Assembly (NCBI GenBank): GCA_965221155.1
Contig: OZ244869.1
Coordinates: 5,087,627-5,151,626, forward strand
From: an uncultured Candidatus Binatia bacterium
GTDB lineage: Bacteria; Desulfobacterota; Binatia; UBA9968; JAJDTQ01
DNA: 64,000 nt
Direction: 5' to 3'
Position numbers and translations under genes: made by a program. The notes beneath the pieces are model-generated. The model was given only the letters and a program-made list of their open reading frames with translations, was not told where the DNA came from and made no database searches. Below, one piece after another: positions 51,227 to 60,883 of this stretch (position 1 is its first letter; every line of letters starts with the position of its first letter).

Positions 51227-51278
51227 CGAAAAGGCACCCAGGTTTGTCGGTGGGGTGAACGCTACGGCATTTCCAGGT

Positions 51279-52295
51279 TCAGCGCAGATTGGCCCTCGCC
51301 TCAAGATCGGCGCAGCGCTCGATGAGCGCATCGAACCGTTCGGCATCGCCCAACAGCATGCCGTCGGAAACCATCCTGTCTTAGTCCTCAGCGAGCGCGT
51401 CCCGAGTGAAGCCGTCCGGGACCAGTTGCAGCCCACCCGAAACCGCGTTCTCATAGTTGATCCACTCGCCGTAACGTCCTTCTCGCGAAAGAACGCCGCC
51501 TTGTGGCGGGCTACCGACAGCGACAGCGCGCGGTCGGCGAGGGCGTTGCCGGCGTATCCGGCCGCGTCCAACCGCGCGACGTCGTGCCAGTGGCGGGACA
51601 GTCGCTCACCCCCGGCGGCGCTGCTGACGGCAGAACACGTGTATGGCGGTCGCCTTTTCCCAGAATGTACGTTCGGCCAGCATGACCGACGGTGAAGCCG
51701 TTGGAAGAACGATGCCAGGGAGATGAGACGCCGCGTCACACGCCACCGGACGCTTTTCGTGCGGCTCGCCGGTCCCGCGTGCGCCAAACTCAACCATGAC
51801 TTCGGGCCTGACGAACCCAGGGTCGTCGAACAACGACTCATAACGAACGAGCAGCCGATCTCCGGAGGCGCGGACCTCGGCTGAAAAGCCCGCACGCCCG
51901 AGGCCCTCGCCAACCGCCGGGAGGCATTCGCCCCGGACCCATTCGGCGAGACGCGAGCGGATGGCGCTGCTCCAGCGTTGCTCCTGGCTTCGCGTCCGTG
52001 GCAGCGCCTCGGCGCCCGCGCCGGTCACAAGGTCCGGTGCGAAGGCGCGGATGTCGTAGGTAACATCGATATCCTCCGAGAAGCGGCGGATTGCCTGGTA
52101 GGTCTTTGCCAGCGACGTGCCGCCCTTGAACACGATGTCGGCGCCGAACGGCAAGTCGAACAGGACGCGCAACGTCTGGACGAGCCAGATATCCTTCTCT
52201 AGGAGGAAGGCCCGCAGCCCGCTCGCTTCCTGCGCTGCTCTCAGTGCCTCCCGCCTGTCGCGGGCCGCCAACGACTGGAACGACAACTCAACCAT
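51279..52295 (-). pseudogene. AbiEii nucleotidyltransferase toxin, disrupted
   Basis: LEKDIW, VFKGGTSL.K...IRRFSEDID, ERTFWEK; frameshift in a G run at about 51610 (SRHWHD continues in another frame), a second shift at about 51470 and an in-frame TAA at about 51382. Confidence 0.85.
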
Positions 52296-52884
52296 GCGCG
52301 ACAAGGGCACTCACCGGCTCCGCCATCCAATGCGGCATGATCGCCCGCGCCTCGGCAAGCTCGTCCATATCCTCCCGAGAGAGAACAGGCAGAACAGTTT
52401 CGAGCCCCTCCTGGATCTCGGCCCGGCCAAGCCAGGCCAAGGCCCGGATGACGTCGCCTGCCCTGCGGTGCGGAGCCGTGAGCTGCCAGCGCGGCGCATG
52501 GCGCAGTTCGACTTCCAGACTACCGAACCGCAAGCGGCGATCGGGGCCGGATGTGAGATAGACCGACCGCACCGGGATCTGGGTTGTGAGGCCGAGAACA
52601 TGCGCCGCGGCACCGCCGCAGGGGACGATGGTCTCGCCCCACATGGCCGCGAGCGCCTCAATCCCCTTGTCGACGCCGGGTGCGCAACGCCCAAAACGGG
52701 TTTCGACGGGTTGCATGTAGATCCCTTGGCAGATCCGCATCAGCCTCCCTGAACGCGCGAGGCGAGAGAGAGCCTGATCGACCGCCGCGCGGCCGCCGAG
52801 ATGCAGCAGGAGCCCGGCACAGATCGGCGTGCCCTCCGGAAGAGAGCCGGCGTGCTCCATGATTCGTTTGGACAGGCTGGGCAT
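52288..52884 (-). CDS. DUF6088/AbiEi-like antitoxin
   Basis: AAVDQALSRL..G.L.RI..GIY, LGLTTQIP...YLTSGP; overlaps the toxin start. Confidence 0.85.
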   Translation of the reverse strand: MPSLSKRIMEHAGSLPEGTPICAGLLLHLGGRAAVDQALSRLARSGRLMRICQGIYMQPVETRFGRCAPGVDKGIEALAAMWGETIVPCGGAAAHVLGLTTQIPVRSVYLTSGPDRRLRFGSLEVELRHAPRWQLTAPHRRAGDVIRALAWLGRAEIQEGLETVLPVLSREDMDELAEARAIMPHWMAEPVSALVAHG

Positions 52885-53015
52885 GATGGTTTCTCGTAAC
52901 GACTGGTTGTCGGAATATTCATGAAAAAACTGACTGAATGCAATGGTCCTGCGCTCAGTAGGACCTGTAGACGTTGGTTCCGACTCTCAGGAACTTCTTC
53001 TTCCCGGTAGTGTCA

Positions 53016-53519
53016 CTAGAGGGACCTTCCATGGCGTCCGGCCTCCGCAAGACTGATCCTGGCGTTTACCTGTTGTGCCCCGGGGGCGGCGGCAAACCAT
53101 GCCTGAGCGGCGCGAAAACCGTCTCTCAGCTTCCCGGGGACGGCGTCCAGATAGGGGGCCATCTCCGATGCTCTGTACAACCCGCCCAAAGAGGGGGGCG
53201 GCATCTTCCTCTTTTGCAGGGCCTGCCGCGTCACCTTGAGCCGCGCGGCGACGTCCGCCAAGCTGACGAGGTCCGGCTTCACCTCCCGAAGCTTCGTCCC
53301 CTTGGGAAGACCCGTCATGGCCTGCTTCACCGTCTCGGAAATCACGCCCTCCGGATCCTCCCCGACACGCGTAAATCCCAATCCGATGAGGCCCGACGCG
53401 CCAAGACCAACGGCCGCATCATCGCACCCAGCTTCGAAAAGGGTATCGAGAATCGCTGCCTCGTCCGTCCCCTCCGGCAGCGCCCACACCAGATCGAACT
53501 CGAACGCCTTCTCAGTCAT
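53016..53519 (-). CDS. HicB-like domain plus HTH, putative antitoxin
   Basis: LFEAGCDDA, PDLVSLADVAARL.VTRQAL. Confidence 0.65.
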   Translation of the reverse strand: MTEKAFEFDLVWALPEGTDEAAILDTLFEAGCDDAAVGLGASGLIGLGFTRVGEDPEGVISETVKQAMTGLPKGTKLREVKPDLVSLADVAARLKVTRQALQKRKMPPPSLGGLYRASEMAPYLDAVPGKLRDGFRAAQAWFAAAPGAQQVNARISLAEAGRHGRSL

Positions 53520-53796
53520 GATCGCTGTCCCCCTTCAACACACAGCCATCGGCCTTCCTGAGTAACTCGCGTGCATGAGCCCGCGAGCTGCGCGGTGTAC
53601 TCCAGACCGACATCCGACAGAAAACCCCGGAACGGCAGGCATCTCCTGCGTTCGCCGGACAGAGCACGTAACCCCAGGCATGCGCGCTGCGCCCCTTGGC
53701 TTCCTTGACGGTCCATCCCACAGCTTCCAGCGCCTTGAGTGCAGCTTCGACCTCCGTGCTCGGATGCCGTTTCCTTCCCACACATAGTCCTTTCAA
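53512..53796 (-). CDS. HicA-like small putative toxin
   Basis: RHP..EVEAAL......GW......HAWG..C...C.MSVWSTP; start uncertain. Confidence 0.6.
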   Translation of the reverse strand: MKGLCVGRKRHPSTEVEAALKALEAVGWTVKEAKGRSAHAWGYVLCPANAGDACRSGVFCRMSVWSTPRSSRAHARELLRKADGCVLKGDSDHD

Positions 53797-53799
53797 GAT

Positions 53800-53819
53800 G
53801 GGTTGTCAATCGACAACCC
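53800..53819. promoter_or_regulatory. Palindromic operator upstream of the hicAB-like pair
   Basis: GGGTTGTC-AATC-GACAACCC. Confidence 0.55.
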
Positions 53820-54105
53820 CCGGGCTGGAGGAGTCTCACACGGCCAGAGGGGATGCGACAGAACACCAGTCGATTCAGGGCATGTGATTACGGAGCGGAG
53901 TTCCCCTTGGTCGCGGCATTGCCAATAATACTAACTCGGCTCATCTGACCGGATCTGAAGGGGACGCTCCCGCATCAGGGGACGGCATTGGTGGTCTTGG
54001 GGCTGCACAAAGCGCGGGACGACTGCGGAGAATGAAGCTCCTTATCTCCGCAAGCTAAGCGGAGATAAGCTTGATGATGCCGGGAATGGATGCTATATTC
54101 CCCGC

Positions 54106-55263
54106 ATGTTGCACGGAGAATATCCTGCGTACATCTGGCAACGCCCGGAATGGCCGCGGTTCCAGCAGGATACGGCTCGGCTCGCCAAGCACCTCGCGCG
54201 CACACGCCACATCCAGGGAAAACTGCTCGGTCGGATGGAAGCCCTGGGTTTCGAGATGCGCAGCGAAGCCACGCTGCGCACGCTCACCGAGGATGTCGTC
54301 AAGACGAGCGCGATCGAGGGAGAAATACTCGCCCCCGACCAGGTCCGCTCGTCGATTGCAGCCCGCCTCGGCCTGAACATCGGCGGCCTGCCGGCGGCGG
54401 ATCGAAACGTCGACGGCGTCGTCGAGATGGCGCTCGACGCCACCCGGAACTACGCCGAGCCCTTGACGGAAGAACGGCTGTTCTCGTGGCACGCCGCCCT
54501 GTTCCCGACCGGGCGCAGCGGCATGCGCCGGATTCGCGTCGGCCAATGGCGCGACGACGCAGACGGGCCGATGGAAGTCGTCTCAGGCCCGATCGGCCGC
54601 CAGCGCGTTCACTATACCGCTCCGCCGGCCGAGTGCCTCGGGGACGAGGTATCCAGGTTCCTGGAATGGTTCCAAGGCACACCGTCCATGGAACCCGTGC
54701 TCGCCGCCGGCGTCGCCCATCTCTGGTTCGTCACCATTCATCCCTTCGAAGACGGCAACGGACGTATCGTCCGGGCCATCGCGGACATGGCGCTGGCCCG
54801 GTCGGAAGAGAGCCCCGAGCGTTTCTACAGCATGTCCGCGCAAATCCGCCTGGAGCGCAACGCGTACTACGGCATCCTGGAGAGAACGCAAAAGGGTGGC
54901 TTGGATATCACCGATTGGCAGGTCTGGTTTCTCGAATGTCTTGCGCGCGCCATCGAAGGCGCCCGGCTTACCCTCGCCGCCATCTTGACAAAGGACAGCT
55001 TCTGGGAGGCTCATGCCTCCGATAGGCTGAACGAGCGCCAAGTGAAGATCCTCAACCGGCTTCTGGACGGTTTCGAAGGGAAGCTCACCTCGTCGAAGTG
55101 GGCGACGATGAACCACTGTTCCCAAGACACGGCGAATCGGGACATCCACGATCTGATCGATCGCGGCATCCTCGTGCGTGGCCGGGCGGGCGGTCGCAGC
55201 ACCACCTACGAACTCGTCCGGGGTGACCGTTGTGTATCAGCGGCAGCTTCTCGACTCCGGTGA
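54106..55263 (+). CDS. Fic family protein with N-terminal DUF4172
   Basis: YIWQ..EWP.F, TSAIEGE, HPFEDGNGRIVR, C-terminal HTH (SQDTA.RDI). Confidence 0.92.
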   Translation: MLHGEYPAYIWQRPEWPRFQQDTARLAKHLARTRHIQGKLLGRMEALGFEMRSEATLRTLTEDVVKTSAIEGEILAPDQVRSSIAARLGLNIGGLPAADRNVDGVVEMALDATRNYAEPLTEERLFSWHAALFPTGRSGMRRIRVGQWRDDADGPMEVVSGPIGRQRVHYTAPPAECLGDEVSRFLEWFQGTPSMEPVLAAGVAHLWFVTIHPFEDGNGRIVRAIADMALARSEESPERFYSMSAQIRLERNAYYGILERTQKGGLDITDWQVWFLECLARAIEGARLTLAAILTKDSFWEAHASDRLNERQVKILNRLLDGFEGKLTSSKWATMNHCSQDTANRDIHDLIDRGILVRGRAGGRSTTYELVRGDRCVSAAASRLR

Positions 55264-55603
55264 AGCCATGTATCGGGAATTTCCTCGGGGTACCGGCAAT
55301 ACTCACGTCCTCCTCCACCAGAGCTCTACTGATACCTGCCAGCGCCCATCGCCTCCGTCCTGGAGGAAAGAACCCCCATGCTCCACCCCTCGCGGCCCGC
55401 ACCCCAGAGGGGCTTCGATGCGGAGGAGAGGCCTGTCACACGGACAACCGACCACGTCGCTACAACACCGTTACAGGCTCCGATAAGTGTCTGCCAATAT
55501 GACGTTTCTACCCATTGACCTATGTGTTCCGGTATTGCAGAAGATAGACAAGCGCGTTCTTCAACCAGAACCCGCCGTGCCAAGAAAATAAGGGAGGCAT
55601 GAC

Positions 55604-56666
55604 TTGAAAAGAATAGGAATTATAGAGCAGGAGAGGCTCAACAACATTCCTGCAAAATCTCAGGCCCAGCACGAGTTCTGTTTCCATTTGCATGACCTCA
55701 TGACACGACTCTTAGTTCAAATGGAACTCCAAAAGGTCAGCCACATCAGTTTTGAGATCGGCTCCGAAGAGGACCGTCAGCTTCTTGAAAGCGGGATTCA
55801 CATCTTGGACTTCCTAAACAAGTCCGGCCGTGGCGATCTTGAGCGTCGCGCTGTGATAAATCACCTTTGCATCGCCCTCTATGCGGATAGCTCCACTTCA
55901 TATACGAGGGATTGAGAGCGCTCGAAAAGCGAAAATTCTCAGCGGCGTTTACTCTATTTCGAAAACCCTTCAAGGAAGGTATGCTGATTGCGGCGCAGAT
56001 GTGTGCCGATGAAGAAGTGTTTTTTGATCAAATGAAGGTCGATGCGAAGAACCTTTTGACTCGACAGCGGTTAGACAAAGCGGGAATCCAGTCACTTCTG
56101 GACTCCGCCTTGAAGGCCTGTCGCCACTCTAGCTTAATCAGTGCTGACAGGATTTACGACACTGTATTCGATCGGAAGAACGATGCAGGCTTGGCCGTAT
56201 TGTTCGATAAGGCGGCACATCTAGTGACCGAATTCTCGTCGATACAAACCGAGAACTATAACCTTAACTTCATATTCAAAAACCCGGAAGACAACGATGT
56301 GTACGAGAACGGCACATATAAGGAACTAGCAACACTCCTCTTCTTCCTCAATCTTCTGCAGATCGAGTTGTACTCGAGAATGCGTGAATCTAGTAAGAAA
56401 TATCAAAACTGGATGATCTTCATATCCACTGGAGCGTTTGAAACACTGTTTGTGGCCGGACGGTCACGAATGACAAATTTTGTGAATCGACATTTTCCGA
56501 ATTTCTAGAGTGCCCCGTCTGCCAAGCAAGAATAAAACTGAAGAAATCGGCCGCTCCGCGGTTCTTCATCGGAGAAACACTGGATTGCGATCATTGCTTT
56601 ACCAGTCAACATTTTCCGGTCGGCTGGCTGTTGTCAAAAATCGACTTAGGCCGGTTTGATACCTGA
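55604..56666 (+). pseudogene. Low-GC hypothetical protein with C-terminal Zn ribbon, two frameshifts
   Basis: Three consecutive frames join at about 55889 and 56496; the last reads ECPVC...LDCDHC. Confidence 0.65.
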
Positions 56667-56682
56667 GTAGTAGCCGCCCCGC

Positions 56683-57804
56683 TCACTGCCACGTCCGCAA
56701 CTCCGGATAAACCTCCGTCGCGAACAACTCCATGCTCCGCTTGGTCTCCTCGTGGGTCATGAAGCCCGCCTGGTTCATCATGAGCAGGTGCCCTACGCCG
56801 CAGCGGTCGTGCAGGTACTTGACCTTCTCGATGACCTTCTTGGGGGTGCCGGCGATGATGATGCCCTGATCGATGAGTTCCTCGTAGTCGCGGTTGTAGC
56901 GCGCCATGCCCTTGGGATCGAAGAAGCGCGTGAGGCCCTGGGGCGGCACGAAGCCCGGCGGGGCAAAGAAGCCCACGGGGCGGCGCTTGTTGAGGTACCA
57001 GAGGAGCTTGCGGCCGCCCTCTTCGGCCTGCTTGTCGGTCTCGCCGGTGAAGGTCAGGGCGCAGTAGGCGAACTTGTCGGTGGGGGGCTCGGGGTAGTTC
57101 ATCTCCTCGCAGCGTTTCCGGTAGGCGCCGAAGAGGGCGTCGGTCTGTTCGTAGGAGGTGAGCACCGTGGCCAGGGTGTAGTGGTGATCCGCCACCCAGG
57201 GCACCGCCGCCGGTTGGCTGCCGGTGATCCAGATGGGGGGATGGGGCTGCTGGTAGGGGCGCGGCCACGGGTTCACGTAGCGGTAGTGGTAGTGCTTGCC
57301 CTCCCAGTTGAACACGTCCTGGGTCTTCCACGCCTTGATGATCAGGTCGTGGGCCTCCTGCATGCGCTCCCGGGTGTCGGACGGATTGGTGTTGGCGGGG
57401 TGGATCTCGGTTCCCACGCCTCGAACGAACCCGGCGATGAGGCGCCCGCCCGATATGACGTCGAGCATGGCAGCGTCTTCCGCCACCTGTATGGGGCTCC
57501 GGTGCGCCAGCGGAAAGCCCAGGACCAGCAGCTTGGCGCGCTTGGTGCGGCGCACCAGGGTGGCGGCGGTGATGGAGACGTTGGCCGCCATGCAGGTGGC
57601 GGTGGCGTGATGCTCGTTGAGCATGATCTCCATGCCCAGCTCGTCGGCGTACTCGTACTCGTCGAGGTAGCGGTTGTAGAGATCGTGGGCGATCTTGGGG
57701 TCGCAGTAACGGCTGGGCAGGGTCACGCGCATGGCCCCGTGCCGTTCCTCCGCGTCATCCGGCAGAAAGGGATAGGGCATTTCGGTGAAGTGATATGCCA
57801 GCAT
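56683..57804 (-). CDS. LLM-class flavin-dependent monooxygenase (luciferase-like)
   Basis: ADELG....NEHH, AED.AMLDVISGGRL, PRPYQQPHPPIW; GAGGAGG RBS before ATG 57804. Confidence 0.93.
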   Translation of the reverse strand: MLAYHFTEMPYPFLPDDAEERHGAMRVTLPSRYCDPKIAHDLYNRYLDEYEYADELGMEIMLNEHHATATCMAANVSITAATLVRRTKRAKLLVLGFPLAHRSPIQVAEDAAMLDVISGGRLIAGFVRGVGTEIHPANTNPSDTRERMQEAHDLIIKAWKTQDVFNWEGKHYHYRYVNPWPRPYQQPHPPIWITGSQPAAVPWVADHHYTLATVLTSYEQTDALFGAYRKRCEEMNYPEPPTDKFAYCALTFTGETDKQAEEGGRKLLWYLNKRRPVGFFAPPGFVPPQGLTRFFDPKGMARYNRDYEELIDQGIIIAGTPKKVIEKVKYLHDRCGVGHLLMMNQAGFMTHEETKRSMELFATEVYPELRTWQ

Positions 57805-57818
57805 TTCCTGGTCCTCCT

Positions 57819-58006
57819 CTAGAGAGAATGGCGTCCTTCGACTTCGTTCCGCTGACGCTCCACTACGCTCAGGACGAACGGTGGGAGAGGCCGTCCGCGA
57901 AGTATCCCACAACCGTTCGAACGGTGGGGGAGGCCTTCCGCGAAGTATCCCACAACCGTTCGTCCTGAGCGTAGCGTAGCGAAGTCGAAGGACGCCATAC
58001 AACTAG
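57819..58006. repeat. CTAG-flanked family D inverted-repeat element with an internal duplication
   Basis: Arms ATGGCGTCCTTCGACTTCG...CTACGCTCAGGACGAACGGT and its complement; inner ~43-bp direct repeat x2; CTAG at 57819 and 58003. Confidence 0.85.
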
Positions 58007-58794
58007 CTTTCCAGGAATTCCGTGACCGCCTTCGCCAGGGCCTCCGGTTGCTCCCATTGCGGGTAGTGGCCCGCGTCCGGTATCGCCGTGAAGCCGGCGC
58101 CCGGAATGGCCTGCTGGAGCGCGCGTCCGTAGTCCGGGGTCACCACCCGGTCGCATTCGCCCCAGAACACGTGGGCCGGCACCCGCACCCGGGCCAGCCG
58201 CCGCAAGAGCTTGGGATTGTACATGAAGGGACGCCAGGCGAACTTCAGCACCGACTGGCGGTTGCGCAGCAGCGCGAGCAGCTCCTCGCCCTCCACACCC
58301 TCCATGCCCGGCCACCTCAGCACCTTGGCCGCTGCCGCGTCGTGCCACGCCAGCTCGGCGACCTCCTCGGCCGTGTACACGTAGACGTCCTGCACGTCGC
58401 GCACGGTAGGAGCCGAAACCTTGATGCCCACCGAATCGATCAACGCCAGTCGCCGGATGTGCTGCTGGGAGCGCACCGCCATCTCCGCCGCCACCCAACC
58501 GCCGAACCCGTGGCCGATGACATCAACGGGACCCGCGTCCAGGCCCTCGAGGAGGTCGAGCCCCAGGAAGGCCACGTCTTCCATGGTGTCGATCCAATCG
58601 GGCAGCTCGGACTGGTTCACCCCCGGCAGCGACGGGACCAGCACCCGGCAACGCTTCGCCATGGCGTCGTCGAAGGGCGGCACCTGCGTGTCGAGTTGGT
58701 CTCCGTAGAGGATCACCAGCGGGTTCCCCTCTCCCAGCCAGCGGACGCCCAGCTTTACGCCGTCGACTTCCATGGTCTCGGAAACCCACGTCAT
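58003..58794 (-). CDS. Alpha/beta hydrolase fold protein lacking the nucleophile Ser
   Basis: GHGFGG at the nucleophile elbow, WGECD, AGHYPQWEQP. Confidence 0.85.
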   Translation of the reverse strand: MTWVSETMEVDGVKLGVRWLGEGNPLVILYGDQLDTQVPPFDDAMAKRCRVLVPSLPGVNQSELPDWIDTMEDVAFLGLDLLEGLDAGPVDVIGHGFGGWVAAEMAVRSQQHIRRLALIDSVGIKVSAPTVRDVQDVYVYTAEEVAELAWHDAAAAKVLRWPGMEGVEGEELLALLRNRQSVLKFAWRPFMYNPKLLRRLARVRVPAHVFWGECDRVVTPDYGRALQQAIPGAGFTAIPDAGHYPQWEQPEALAKAVTEFLES

Positions 58795-59687
58795 GAACCC
58801 TGCTCCTCCCCCGCGTGCCGCTGGATGAAATCGATGGCCAATGGGTTGAACTCGTCCGGATGCTCGGCGTGGGAGCAGTGCCGCGACTGGTCAAAGACCT
58901 TCACCTCGGAGCCCGGTATCTCGCCCTGGAGATCGTTCGCATAGGTCGGAAACCGCAACGGGTCCTGGGCTCCCGCCACGATCAGCACCGGACAGCGGAT
59001 ACTGCCGTAGTCGGGCCGTACCGGACGGAACCCCCGAGGCTGTCCCGAGGGCGCCAGACGCGCGGCCGCGCAGGCTTCCCACACCCCCGGTTCCAGGCTG
59101 GCCTTCCAGCGCTCCTCGACCACGTCGTCGGCCCACCACCCCTCATTGTAGAAACAGACGCGCAGGATCTCGCGCATCTGCTCCCGGTCGCCGGTGTAGC
59201 CGGTGAGCACCTTGCGCTCGTCGTTGTCCGGCGCCTTGCCGCCACCGCTGACGGCGATCACCGAGGCCACCTCGAAGTGCGGGTCCGTCGCCATCTGCAG
59301 GCAGAAACCGCCGCCGAAGGAATTGCCAATTAGGTGCACCGGGCCGAGACACAAGGTTCTGATGAACGCATCGATGTGCTTGAGCCGGAAACCCAGTGGA
59401 TCGCTAAAACTGTAGACAAGATCGGTACGCCCGAAGCCGGCCAGGTCCGGCGCGTAGACGTGGAAGTGTTCCCCGAGCTGCGCGATGTTGTAGCGCCAAC
59501 TGAACTCGGCCCGGCCGCCGAACTCGCCGCTGTGGATCAGCAATACCGTGGGGCCGCGGCCGACCCCTGCTTCGAGGTAATGGGTGCGGATCTGGCCCAC
59601 CTGGACGTAGTGGCGGCTCACGCCTTGCAGTAGATTACTCACGGACCCCTGCGTAGCCCAAAGCCCCATACCTGTCAAATCGAACAT
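58791..59687 (-). CDS. Alpha/beta hydrolase (MhpC/BphD-like)
   Basis: APDLAGFG, GNSFGG, GAQD, HCSHAEHP. Confidence 0.88.
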   Translation of the reverse strand: MFDLTGMGLWATQGSVSNLLQGVSRHYVQVGQIRTHYLEAGVGRGPTVLLIHSGEFGGRAEFSWRYNIAQLGEHFHVYAPDLAGFGRTDLVYSFSDPLGFRLKHIDAFIRTLCLGPVHLIGNSFGGGFCLQMATDPHFEVASVIAVSGGGKAPDNDERKVLTGYTGDREQMREILRVCFYNEGWWADDVVEERWKASLEPGVWEACAAARLAPSGQPRGFRPVRPDYGSIRCPVLIVAGAQDPLRFPTYANDLQGEIPGSEVKVFDQSRHCSHAEHPDEFNPLAIDFIQRHAGEEQGS

Positions 59688-59723
59688 GGGCGCGGGAGGC
59701 GGCGCTCCCCCGCCCCACCCCTC

Positions 59724-59751
59724 CTGGATTCCCGCTTTCGCGGGAATGACG
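59724..59751. repeat. Family C palindromic repeat
   Basis: CTGGATTCCCGCTTTCGCGGGAATGACG. Confidence 0.85.
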
Positions 59752-59868
59752 ACGCGGGGTCACCCTTGAACGCGGGTGATTCGGACTCGCGGGCCGTTCC
59801 AGTATATGTTAGGGTCCTTTTCTGTCTCACGTGGGACAGAAACCAGCCTTTGAACGCAGGGAGGCCGT

Positions 59869-60669
59869 ATGCACTGGGGTATGGAAAACAGAATGGCGCG
59901 CATCATCAAACCGGAGGATGGGCGTTGCGTGATGCTGGCCGTGGATCACGGCTACTTCCTGGGACCGACGAGCGGTCTGGAGCAACCGCGGGAAACCATC
60001 GAGCCGCTGCTGCCCCATGCCGACGCCATCATGCTCACCCGCGGCGTGCTGCGGAACGCGGTGGACGCCAACATGCAGGCGCCGGTGGTGCTGCGCGTGT
60101 CCGGGGGTACCAGCATCCTGAAGGAGCTCTCCAACGAGGACATCACCGTGTCCATCGAGGACGCCATCCGGCTCAACGTGTCGGCCATGGCGTTGTCGAT
60201 CTTCGTGGGCTCCGAGTTCGAGAAGGAGACCCTGGTGAGCCTGGCCAAGCTGGTGGACGAGGGTGAGAGGTACGGCATTCCCGTGCTCGCCGTCACCGCC
60301 GTGGGCAAGGACATGGCCCGGGACGAACGCTATCTGGGGCTGTCGTGCCGCATCGCCGCCGAGCTCGGCGCCCACATCGTCAAGACCTACTACTGCGAGA
60401 ACTTCGAGAACGTGGTCAACAGTTGCCCGATACCGGTCATCGTGGCCGGCGGCAAGAAGACCCCGGAGATGGAAGCCCTGGAGCTCGCCCGCAACGCCGT
60501 GGACCACGGCGCAGTGGGCGTCGACATGGGCAGGAACATCTTCCAGTCCGACAGCCCCGCGGGGATGATCCAGGCAGTTCGGGCCATCGTTCACGGCGGC
60601 GCCTCCACCGAGGAATCCTACCGGATCTACGAATCGTCGAAACCGGCGGCGGAACGGGCGGCGGGATAG
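59869..60669 (+). CDS. lsrF: LsrF-like thiolase / class I aldolase (DhnA family)
   Basis: WGM.NRM, MLAVDHGYF.GPT.GLE, RIAAELGA..VKTYYC, GVDMGRNIFQS. Confidence 0.88.
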   Translation: MHWGMENRMARIIKPEDGRCVMLAVDHGYFLGPTSGLEQPRETIEPLLPHADAIMLTRGVLRNAVDANMQAPVVLRVSGGTSILKELSNEDITVSIEDAIRLNVSAMALSIFVGSEFEKETLVSLAKLVDEGERYGIPVLAVTAVGKDMARDERYLGLSCRIAAELGAHIVKTYYCENFENVVNSCPIPVIVAGGKKTPEMEALELARNAVDHGAVGVDMGRNIFQSDSPAGMIQAVRAIVHGGASTEESYRIYESSKPAAERAAG

Positions 60670-60734
60670 ACCGCCCTGGACCGCCCGGGTGGCCTGTATC
60701 GTACGAACCGGTAGCAATCTGCCAATCCTCTTGC

Positions 60735-60824
60735 GGTCGGTTACGTTGTTTGTCCTCGCGTGATTGGGGCACGGGCGGGTTTGAAACCCGCCCCTACATC
60801 TCCTCTTCGCACCTTGCCAACTAG
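60735..60824 (-). repeat. REP-containing chassis repeat (diverged)
   Basis: Reverse complement CTAGTTGGCAAGGTGCG-[REP 60771-60798]-CACGCGAGGACAAACAACGTAACCGAC. Confidence 0.75.
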
Positions 60825-60883
60825 TCCTGTCCATCTCGTTGTCCACTTGTACGGTGCAGGACACCAGCCTTCAGGAACAAGCC

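Noticed and set aside
32100-56700. Prophage or autonomous IS/ICE
   Set aside because: No structural, integrase, transposase or conjugation genes recognised
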